This document shows positions 42,001 to 54,500 of a stretch of 64,000 bases of DNA, piece by piece; the first letter of the stretch is position 1, and each line of letters starts with the position of its first letter. This stretch comes from Auanema rhodensis (lineage: Eukaryota > Animalia > Nematoda). The stretch is from the NCBI GenBank assembly GCA_964057225.1, contig OZ059898.1:18538001-18602000 (forward strand). The letters are read 5' to 3'. Under the pieces are notes generated by a model. It worked only from the letters and a program-made list of their open reading frames with translations, was not told where the DNA came from and ran no database searches. Both the position numbers and the translations under genes were made by a program.

Positions 42001-45000
42001 GCACTTGGTATGTAACTCGCTTCACGTGAAAGATAAAGGGATGCGGTTTTCAAAATTAGATTCCCCATGTCCATATTAGTCTAAAAACAAATTTTTGTTG
42101 ATATTGGTGGATGGTAACCATGACTTTGAAATTTACGTGAACTTTAATTTATGCTAATTAAGTGTACACGTGATGTGCACTTGGTATGTAACTCGCTTCA
42201 CGTAAAAGATAAAGAGATGCGGTTTTCAAAATTAGATTCCTCATGTCCATATTAGTCTAAAAACGAATTTTTATTGATATTGGTGCATGGTAACCATGAC
42301 TTTGAAATTTACGTGAACTTTAATTTATGCTAATTAAGTGTACACGTGATGTGCACTTGGTATGTAACTCGCTTCAAGTGAAAGATAAAGAGATGCGGTT
42401 TTCAAAATTAGATTCCCCATGTCCATATTAGTCTAAAAACAAATTTTTATTGATATTGGTGCATGGTAACTATGACTTTGAAATTTACGTGAACTTTAAT
42501 TTATGCTAATTAAGTGTACACATGATGTGCACTTGGTATGTAACTCGCTTCACGTGAAAGATAAAGAGATGCGGTTTTCAAAATTAGATTTCGCATGTCC
42601 ATATTAGTCTAAAAACAAATTTTTATTGATATTGGTGCATGGTAACCATGACTTTGAAATTTACGTGAACTTTAATTTATGCTAATTAAGTGTACACGTG
42701 ATGTGCACTTGGTATGTAACTCGCTTCACGTGAAAGATAAAGAGATGCGGTTTTCAAAATTAGATTCCCCATGTCCATATTAGTCTAAAAACAAATTTTT
42801 ATTGATATTGGTGCATGGCAACCATGACTTTAAAGTTTACGTGTACTTTAATTTATGCTAATTAAGTGTACACATGATGTGCACTTGGTATGTAACTCGC
42901 TTCACGTCAAAGATAAAGAGATGCGGTTTTCAAAATTAGATTTCGCATGTCCATATTAGTCTAAAAACAAATTTTTATTGATATTGGTGCATGGTAACCA
43001 TGACTTTGAAATTTACGTGAACTTTAATTTATGCTAATTAAGTGTACTCGTGATGTGCACTTGGTATGTAACTCGCTTCACGTGAAAGATAAAAAGATGC
43101 GGTTTTCAAAATTAGATTCCTCATGTCCATATTAGTCTAAAAACAAATTTTTATTGGTATTGGTGAATGGCAACCATGACTTTTAAATTTACGTGTACTT
43201 TAATTTATGCTAATTAAGTGTACACATGATGTGCACTTGGTATGTAACTCGCTTCACGTCAAAGATAAAGAGATGCGGTTTTCAAAATTAGATTCCTCAT
43301 GTCCATATTAGTCTAAAAACAAATTTTTATTAATATTGGTGCATGGTAACCATGACTTTGAAATTTATGTGAACTTTAATTTATGCTAATTAAGTGTACA
43401 CATGATGTGCACTTGGTATGTAACTCGCTTCACGTGAAAGATAAAGAGATGCGGTTTTCAAAATTAGATTCCTCATGTCCATATTAGTCTAAAAACGAAT
43501 TTTTATTGATATTGATGCATGGTAATCATGACTTTGAAATTTTCGTGAACTTTAATTTATGCTTATTAAGTGTACACGTGATGTGCACTTGGTATGTAAC
43601 TCGCTTCACGTGAAAGATAAAGGGATGCGGTTTTCAAAATTAGATTCCCCATGTCCATATTAGTCTAAAAACAAATTTTTGTTGATATTGGTGGATGGTA
43701 ACCATGACTTTGAAATTTACGTGAACTTTAATTTATGCTAATTAAGTGTACACGTGATGTGCACTTGGTATGTAACTCGCTTCACGTGAAAGATAAAGAG
43801 ATGCGATTTTCAAAATTAGATTTCGCATGTCCATATTAGTCTAAAAACGAATTTTTATTGATATTGGTGCATGGTAACCATGACTTTGAAATTTACGTGA
43901 ACTTTAATTTATGCTAATTAAGTGTACACGTGATGTGCACTTGGTATGTAACTCGCTTCAAGTGAAAGATAAAGAGATGCGGTTTTCAAAATTAGATTCC
44001 CCATGTCCATATTAGTCTAAAAACAAATTTTTATTGATATTGGTGCATGGTAACTATGACTTTGAAATTTACGTGAACTTTAATTTATGCTAATTAAGTG
44101 TACACATGATGTGCACTTGGTATGTAACTCGCTTCACGTGAAAGATAAAGAGATGCGGTTTTCAAAATTAGATTTCGCATGTCCATATTAGTCTAAAAAC
44201 AAATTTTTATTGATATTGGTGCATGGTAACCATGACTTTGAAATTTACGTGAACTTTAATTTATGCTAATTAAGTGTACACGTGATGTGCACTTGGTATG
44301 TAACTCGCTTCACGTGAAAGATAAAGAGATGCGGTTTTCAAAATTAGATTCCCCATGTCCATATTAGTCTAAAAACAAATTTTTATTGATATTGGTGCAT
44401 GGCAACCATGACTTTAAAGTTTACGTGTACTTTAATTTATGCTAATTAAGTGTACACATGATGTGCACTTGGTATGTAACTCGCTTCACGTCAAAGATAA
44501 AGAGATGCGGTTTTCAAAATTAGATTTCGCATGTCCATATTAGTCTAAAAACAAATTTTTATTGATATTGGTGCATGGTAACCATGACTTTGAAATTTAC
44601 GTGAACTTTAATTTATGCTAATTAAGTGTACTCGTGATGTGCACTTGGTATGTAACTCGCTTCACGTGAAAGATAAAAAGATGCGGTTTTCAAAATTAGA
44701 TTCCTCATGTCCATATTAGTCTAAAAACAAATTTTTATTGGTATTGGTGAATGGCAACCATGACTTTTAAATTTACGTGTACTTTAATTTATGCTAATTA
44801 AGTGTACACATGATGTGCACTTGGTATGTAACTCGCTTCACGTCAAAGATAAAGAGATGCGGTTTTCAAAATTAGATTCCTCATGTCCATATTAGTCTAA
44901 AAACAAATTTTTATTAATATTGGTGCATGGTAACCATGACTTTGAAATTTATGTGAACTTTAATTTATGCTAATTAAGTGTACACATGATTTGCACTTGG

Positions 45001-48000
45001 TATGTAACTCGCTTCACGTGAAAGATAAAGAGATGCGGTTTTCAAAATTAGATTCCTCATGTCCATATTAGTCTAAAAACGAATTTTTATTGATATTGAT
45101 GCATGGTAATCATGACTTTGAAATTTTCGTGAACTTTAATTTATGCTTATTAAGTGTACACGTGATGTGCACTTGGTATGTAACTCGCTTCACGTGAAAG
45201 ATAAAGGGATGCGGTTTTCAAAATTAGATTCCCCATGTCCATATTAGTCTAAAAACAAATTTTTGTTGATATTGGTGGATGGTAACCATGACTTTGAAAT
45301 TTACGTGAACTTTAATTTATGCTAATTAAGTGTACACGTGATGTGCACTTGGTATGTAACTCGCTTCACGTGAAAGATAAAGAGATGCGATTTTCAAAAT
45401 TAGATTTCGCATGTCCATATTAGTCTAAAAACGAATTTTTATTGATATTGGTGCATGGTAACCATGACTTTGAAATTTACGTGAACTTTAATTTATGCTA
45501 ATTAAGTGTACACGTGATGTGCACTTGGTATGTAACTCGCTTCAAGTGAAAGATAAAGAGATGCGGTTTTCAAAATTAGATTCCCCATGTCCATATTAGT
45601 CTAAAAACAAATTTTTATTGATATTGGTGCATGGTAACTATGACTTTGAAATTTACGTGAACTTTAATTTATGCTAATTAAGTGTACACATGATGTGCAC
45701 TTGGTATGTAACTCGCTTCACGTGAAAGATAAAGAGATGCGGTTTTCAAAATTAGATTTCGCATGTCCATATTAGTCTAAAAACAAATTTTTATTGATAT
45801 TGGTGCATGGCAACCATGACTTTAAAATTTACGTGTACTTTAATTTATGCTAATTAAGTGTACACATGATGTGCACTTGGTATGTAACTCGCTTCACGTC
45901 AAAGATAAAGAGATGCGGTTTTCAAAATTAGATTTCGCATGTCCATATTAGTCTAAAAACAAATTTTTATTGATATTGGTGCATGGTAACCATGACTTTG
46001 AAATTTACGTGAACTTTAATTTATGCTAATTAAGTGTACACGTGATGTGCACTTGGTATGTAACTCGCTTCACGTGAAAGATAAAGAGATGCGGTTTTCA
46101 AAATTAGATTCCCCATGTCCATATTAGTCTAAAAACAAATTTTTATTGATATTGGTGCATGGCAACCATGACTTTAAAGTTTACGTGTACTTTAATTTAT
46201 GCTAATTAAGTGTACACATGATGTGCACTTGGTATGTAACTCGCTTCACGTCAAAGATAAAGAGATGCGGTTTTCAAAATTAGATTTCGCATGTCCATAT
46301 TAGTCTAAAAACAAATTTTTATTGATATTGGTGCATGGTAACCATGACTTTGAAATTTACGTGAACTTTAATTTATGCTAATTAAGTGTACTCGTGATGT
46401 GCACTTGGTATGTAACTCGCTTCACGTGAAAGATAAAAAGATGCGGTTTTCAAAATTAGATTCCTCATGTCCATATTAGTCTAAAAACAAATTTTTATTG
46501 GTATTGGTGCATGGCAACCATGACTTTTAAATTTACGTGTACTTTAATTTATGCTAATTAAGTGTACACATGATGTGCACTTGGTATGTAACTCGCTTCA
46601 CGTCAAAGATAAAGAGATGCGGTTTTCAAAATTAGATTCCTCATGTCCATATTAGTCTAAAAACAAATTTTTATTAATATTGGTGCATGGTAACCATGAC
46701 TTTGAAATTTATGTGAACTTTAATTTATGCTAATTAAGTGTACACATGATGTGCACTTGGTATGTAACTCGCTTCACGTGAAAGATAAAGAGATGCGGTT
46801 TTCAAAATTAGATTCCTCATGTCCATATTAGTCTAAAAACGAATTTTTATTGATATTGATGCATGGTAATCATGACTTTGAAATTTTCGTGAACTTTAAT
46901 TTATGCTTATTAAGTGTACACGTGATGTGCACTTGGTATGTAACTCGCTTCACGTGAAAGATAAAGGGATGCGGTTTTCAAAATTAGATTCCCCATGTCC
47001 ATATTAGTCTAAAAACAAATTTTTGTTGATATTGGTGGATGGTAACCATGACTTTGAAATTTACGTGAACTTTAATTTATGCTAATTAAGTGTACACGTG
47101 ATGTGCACTTGGTATGTAACTCGCTTCACGTGAAAGATAAAGAGATGCGATTTTCAAAATTAGATTTCGCATGTCCATATTAGTCTAAAAACGAATTTTT
47201 ATTGATATTGGTGCATGGTAACCATGACTTTGAAATTTACGTGAACTTTAATTTATGCTAATTAAGTGTACACGTGATGTGCACTTGGTATGTAACTCGC
47301 TTCACGTGAAAGATAAAGAGATGCGGTTTCCAAAATTAGATTCCCCATGTCCATATTAGTCTAAAAACAAATTTTTATTGATATTGGTGCATGGTAACCA
47401 TGACTTTGAAATTTACGTGAACTTTAATTTATGCTAATTAAGTGTACACGTGAAGTGCACTTGGTATGTAACTCGCTTCACGTGAAAGATAAAGAGATGC
47501 GGTTTTCAAAATTAGATTCCCCATGTCCATATTAGTCTAAAAACAAATTTTTATTGATATTGGTGCATGGTAACCATGACTTTGAAATTTACGTGAACTT
47601 TAATTTATGCTAATTAAGTGTACACATGATGTGCACTCGGTATGTAACTCGCTTCACGTGAAAGATAAAGAGATGCGGTTTTCAAAATTAGATTCCGCAT
47701 GTCCATATTAGTCTAAAAACAAATTTTTATTGATATTGGTGCATGGTAACCATGACTTTGAAATTTACGTGAACTTTAATTTATGCTAATTAAGTGTACA
47801 CGTGATGTGCACTTGGTATGTAACTCGCTTCACGTCAAAGATAAAGAGATGCGGTTTTCAAAATTAGATTCCTCATGTCCATATTAGTCTAAAAACAAAT
47901 TTTTATTAATATTGGTGCATGGTAACCATGACTTTGAAATTTATGTGAACTTTAATTTATGCTAATTAAGTGTACACGTGAAGTGCACTTGGTATGTAAC

Positions 48001-48580
48001 TCGCTTCACGTGAAAGATAAAGAGATGCGGTTTTCAAAATTAGATTCCCCATGTCCATATTAGTCTAAAAACAAATTTTTATTGATATTGGTGCATGGTA
48101 ACCATGACTTTGAAATTTACGTGAACTTTAATTTATGCTAATTAAGTGTACACATGATGTGCACTCGGTATGTAACTCGCTTCACGTGAAAGATAAAGAG
48201 ATGCGGTTTTCAAAATTAGATTCCGCATGTCCATATTAGTCTAAAAACAAATTTTTATTGATATTGGTGCATGGTAACCATGACTTTGAAATTTACGTGA
48301 ACTTTAATTTATGCTAATTAAGTGTACACGTGATGTGCACTTGGTATGTAACTCGCTTCACGTGAAAGATAAAGAGATGCGGTTTCCAAAATTAGATTTC
48401 GCATGTCCATATTAGTCTAAAAACAAATTTTTATTGATATTGGTGCATGGTAACCATGACTTTGAAATTTACGTGAACTTCAATTTATGCTAATTAAGTG
48501 TACACGTGATGTGCACTTGGTATGTAACTCGCTTCACGTGAAAGATAAAGAGATGCGGTTTTCAAAATTAGATTCCCCAT
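32933..48580. repeat. Tandem segmental duplication, copy 2 (about 3 monomers shorter than copy 1)
   Basis: Same ordered private markers as 16759-32932. The offset falls stepwise by 176 bp (16174, 15998, 15822, ~15646). The right end is approximate. Confidence 0.88.
33071..36215. repeat. 8-monomer (1408-bp) higher-order repeat, ~2.2 copies (within duplication copy 2)
   Basis: cttaacgtg at 33221, 34629 and 36037. Confidence 0.88.
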
Positions 48581-51500
48581 GTTTATATTAGTCTAAAAAC
48601 AAATTTTTATTGATATTGGTGCATGGCAACCATGACTTTAAAATCTACGAGTACTTTAATTTATGCTAATTAAGTGTACACATGATGTGCACTTGGTATG
48701 TAACTCGCTTCACGTGAAAGATAAAGAGATGCGGTTTTCAAAATTAGATTCCTCATGTCCATATTAGTCTAAAAACGAATTTTTATTGATATTGATGCAT
48801 GGTAACCATGACTTTGAAATTTACGTGAACTTTAATTTATGCTTATTAAGTGTACACGTGATGTGCACTTGGTATGTAACTCGCTTCACGTGAAAGATAA
48901 AGGGATGCGGTTTTCAAAATTAGATTCCCCATGTCCATATTAGTCTAAAAACAAATTTTTGTTGATATTGGTGGATGGTAACCATGACTTTGAAATTTAC
49001 GTGAACTTTAATTTATGCTAATTAAGTGTACACGTGATGTGCACTTGGTATGTAACTCGCTTCACGTGAAATATGAAGAGATGCGGTTTTCAAAATTAGG
49101 TTCCCCATGTCCATATTAGTCTAAAAACAAATTTTTGTTGATATTGGTGGATGGTAACCATGACTTTCAAATTTACGTGAACTTTAATTTATGCTAATTA
49201 AGTGTACACATGATGTGCACTTGGTATGTAACTCGCTTCACGTGAAAGATAAAGAGATGCGGTTTTCAAAATTAGATTTCGCATGTCCATATTAGTCTAA
49301 AAACAAATTTTTATTGATATTGGTGCATGGTAACCATGACTTTGAAATTTACGTGAACTTTAATTTATGCTAATTAAGTGTACACATGATGTGCACTTGG
49401 TATGTAACTCGCTTCACGTCAAAGATAAAGAGATGCGGTTTTCAAAATTAGATTTGGCATGTCCATATTAGTCTAAAAACAAATTTTTATTGATATTGGT
49501 GGATGGTAACCATGACTTTCAAATTTACGTGAACTTCAATTTATGCTAATTAAGTGTACACGTGATGTGCACTTAGTATGTAACTCGCTTCACGTGAAAG
49601 ATGAAGAGATGCGGTTTTCAAAATTAGGTTCCCCATGTCCATATTAGTCTAAAAACAAATTTTTGTTGATATTGGTGGATGGTAACCATGACTTTCAAAT
49701 TTACGTGAACTTTAATTTATGCTAATTAAGTGTACACATGATGTGCACTTGGTATGTAACTCGCTTCACGTGAAAGATAAAGAGATGCGGTTTTCAAAAT
49801 TAGATTTCGCATGTCCATATTAGTCTAAAAACAAATTTTTATTGATATTGGTGCATGGTAACCATGACTTTGAAATTTACGTGAACTTTAATTTATGCTA
49901 ATTAAGTGTACACATGATGTGCACTTGGTATGTAACTCGCTTCACGTCAAAGATAAAGAGATGCGGTTTTCAAAATTAGATTTGGCATGTCCATATTAGT
50001 CTAAAAACAAATTTTTATTGATATTGGTGGATGGTAACCATGACTTTCAAATTTACGTGAACTTCAATTTATGCTAATTAAGTGTACACGTGATGTGCAC
50101 TTAGTATGTAACTCGCTTCACGTGAAAGATGAAGAGATGCGGTTTTCAAAATTAGGTTCCCCATGTCCATATTAGTCTAAAAACAAATTTTTGTTGATAT
50201 TGGTGGATGGTAACCATGACTTTCAAATTTACGTGAACTTTAATTTATGCTAATTAAGTGTACACATGATGTGCACTTGGTATGTAACTCGCTTCACGTG
50301 AAAGATAAAGAGATGCGGTTTTCAAAATTAGATTTCGCATGTCCATATTAGTCTAAAAACAAATTTTTATTGATATTGGTGCATGGTAACCATGACTTTG
50401 AAATTTACGTGAACTTTAATTTATGCTAATTAAGTGTACACATGATGTGCACTTGGTATGTAACTCGCTTCACGTCAAAGATAAAGAGATGCGGTTTTCA
50501 AAATTAGATTTGGCATGTCCATATTAGTCTAAAAACAAATTTTTATTGATATTGGTGGATGGTAACCATGACTTTCAAATTTACGTGAACTTCAATTTAT
50601 GCTAATTAAGTGTACACGTGATGTGCACTTAGTATGTAACTCGCTTCGCGTCAACGATAAAGAGATGCGGTTTTCAAAATTAGATTCCCCATGTCCATAT
50701 TAGTCTAAAAACAAATTTTTATTAATATTGGTGCATGGTAACCATGACTTTGAAATTTACGTGAACTTTATTTATGCTAATTGAGTGTACACATGATGTG
50801 CACTTGGTATGTAACTCGCTTCACGTGAAAGATAAAGAGATGCGGTTTTCAAAATTAGATTCCGCATGTCCATATTAGTCTAAAAACAAATTTTTATTGA
50901 TATTGGTGCATGGTAACCATGACTTTGAAATTTACGTGAACTTTAATTTATGCTAATTAAGTGTACACGTGATGTGCACTTGGTATGTAACTCGCTTCAC
51001 GTGAAAGATAAAGAGATGCGGTTTTCAAAATTAGATTCCCCATGTCCATATTAGTCTAAAAACAAATTTTTATTGATATTGGTGCATGGTAACCATGACT
51101 TTGAAATTTACGTGAACTTTAATTTATGCTAATTAAGTGTACACATGATGTGCACTTGGTATGTAACTCGCTTCACGAGAAAGATAAAAAGATGCGGTTT
51201 TCAAATTTAGATTTCGCGTGTCCATATTAGTCTAAAAACAAATTTTTATTGATATTGGTGCATGGTAACCATGACTTTGAAGTTTACGTGAACTTTAATT
51301 TATGCTAATTAAGTGTACACGTGAAGTGCACTTGGTATGTAACTCGCTTCACGTGAAAGATAAAGAGATGCGGTTTTCAAAATTAGATTCCGCATGTCCA
51401 TATTAGTCTAAAAACAAATTTTTATTGATATTGGTGCATGGTAACCATGACTTTGAAATTTACGTGAACTTTAATTTATGCTAATTAAGTGTACACGTGA

Positions 51501-54500
51501 TGTGCACTTAGTATGTAACTCGCTTCGCGTCAACGATAAAGAGATGCGGTTTTCAAAATTAGATTCCCCATGTCCATATTAGTCTAAAAACAAATTTTTA
51601 TTGATATTGGTGCATGGTAACCATGACTTTGAAATTTACGTGAACTTTAATTTATGCTAATTAAGTGTACACGTGATGTGCACTTGGTATGTAACTCGCT
51701 TCACGTGAAAGATAAAGAGATGCGGTTTCCAAAATTAGATTTCGCATGTCCATATTAGTCTAAAAACAAATTTTTGTTGATATTTGTGGATGGTAACCAT
51801 GACTTTGAAATTTACGTGAACTTTAATTTATGCTAATTAAGTGTACACGTGATGTGCACTTGGTATGTAACTCGCTTCACGTGAAAGATGAAGAGATGCG
51901 GTTTTCAAAATTAGGTTCCCCATGTCCATATTAGTCTAAAAACAAATTTTTATTGATATTGGTGCATGGTAACCATGACTTTGAAATTTACGTGAACTTT
52001 AATTTATGCTAATTAAGTGTACACGTGAAGTGCACTTGGTATGTAACTCGCTTCACGTGAAAGATAAAGAGATGCGGTTTTCAAAATTAGATTCCCCATG
52101 TCCATATTAGTCTAAAAACAAATTTTTATTGATATTGGTGCATGGTAACCATGACTTTGAAATTTACGTGAACTTTAATTTATGCTAATTAAGTGTACAC
52201 ATGATGTGCACTCGGTATGTAACTCGCTTCACGTGAAAGATAAAGAGATGCGGTTTTCAAAATTAGATTCCGCATGTCCATATTAGTCTAAAAACAAATT
52301 TTTATTGATATTGGTGCATGGTAACCATGACTTTGAAATTTACGTGAACTTTAATTTATGCTAATTAAGTGTACACGTGATGTGCACTTGGTATGTAACT
52401 CGCTTCACGTGAGAGATAAAGAGATGCGGTTTCCAAAATTAGATTTCGCATGTCCATATTAGTCTAAAAACAAATTTTTATTGATATTGGTGCATGGTAA
52501 CCATGACTTTGAAATTTACGTGAACTTTAATTTATGCTAATTAAGTGTACACATGATGTGCACTCGGTATGTAACTCGCTTCACGTGAAAGATAAAGAGA
52601 TGCGGTTTTCAAAATTAGATTCCCCATGTTTATATTAGTCTAAAAACAAATTTTTATTGATATTGATGCATGGCAACCATGACTTTAAAATCTACGAGTA
52701 CTTTAATTTATGCTAATTAAGTGTACACATGATGTGCACTTGGTATGTAACTCGCTTCACGTGAAAGATAAAGAGATGCGGTTTTCAAAATTAGATTCCT
52801 CATGTCCATATTAGTCTAAAAACGAATTTTTATTGATATTGATGCATGGTAACCATGACTTTGAAATTTACGTGAACTTTAATTTATGCTTATTAAGTGT
52901 ACACGTGATGTGCACTTGGTATGTAACTCGCTTCACGTGAAAGATAAAGGGATGCGGTTTTCAAAATTAGATTCCCCATGTCCATATTAGTCTAAAAACA
53001 AATTTTTATTGATATTGGTGCATGGTAACCATGACTTTGAAATTTACGTGAACTTTAATTTATGCTAATTAAGTGTACACATGATGTGCACTTGGTATGT
53101 AACTCGCTTCACGAGAAAGATAAAAAGATGCGGTTTTCAAATTTAGATTTCGCGTGTCCATATTAGTCTAAAAACAAATTTTTATTGATATTGGTGCATG
53201 GTAACCATGACTTTGAAGTTTACGTGAACTTTAATTTATGCTAATTAAGTGTACACGTGAAGTGCACTTGGTATGTAACTCGCTTCACGTGAAAGATAAA
53301 GAGATGCGGTTTTCAAAATTAGATTCCGCATGTCCATATTAGTCTAAAAACAAATTTTTATTGATATTGGTGCATGGTAACCATGACTTTGAAACTTACG
53401 TGAACTTTAATTTATGCTAATTAAGTGTACACGTGATGTGCACTTGGTATGTAACTCGCTTCACGTGAAAGATAAAGAGATGCGGTTTTCAAAATTAGAT
53501 TCCCCATGTTTATATTAGTCTAAAAACAAATTTTTATTGATATTGATGCATGGCAACCATGACTTTAAAATCTACGAGTACTTTAATTTATGCTAATTAA
53601 GTGTACACATGATGTGCACTTGGTATGTAACTCGCTTCACGTGAAAGATAAAGAGATGCGGTTTTCAAAATTAGATTCCTCATGTCCATATTAGTCTAAA
53701 AAGAATTTTTATTGATATTAATGCATGGTAACCATGACTTTGAAATTTACGTGAACTTTAATTTATGCTTATTAAGTGTACACGTGATGTGCACTTGGTA
53801 TGTAACTCGCTTCACGTGAAAGATAAAGGGATGCGGTTTTCAAAATTAGATTCCCCATGTCCATATTAGTCTAAAAACAAATTTTTATTGATATTGGTGC
53901 ATGGTAACCATGACTTTGAAATTTACGTGAACTTTAATTTATGCTAATTAAGTGTACACATGATGTGCACTTGGTATGTAACTCGCTTCACGTCAAAGAT
54001 AAAGAGATGCGGTTTTCAAAATTAGATTTGGCATGTCCATATTAGTCTAAAAACAAATTTTTATTGATATTGGTGGATGGTAACCATGACTTTCAAATTT
54101 ACGTGAACTTCAATTTATGCTAATTAAGTGTACACGTGATGTGCACTTAGTATGTAACTCGCTTCGCGTCAACGATAAAGAGATGCGGTTTTCAAAATTA
54201 GATTCCCCATGTCCATATTAGTCTAAAAACAAATTTTTATTAATATTGGTGCATGGTAACCATGACTTTGAAATTTACGTGAACTTTATTTATGCTAATT
54301 GAGTGTACACATGATGTGCACTTGGTATGTAACTCGCTTCACGTGAAAGATAAAGAGATGCGGTTTTCAAAATTAGATTCCGCATGTCCATATTAGTCTA
54401 AAAACAAATTTTTATTGATATTGGTGCATGGTAACCATGACTTTGAAATTTACGTGAACTTTAATTTATGCTAATTAAGTGTACACATGATGTGCACTCG

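Noticed and set aside
50641-50662. Possible CENP-B box in cttcgcgtcaacgataa
   Set aside because: It matches TTCG....A but lacks the required CGGG of nTTCGnnnnAnnCGGGn.
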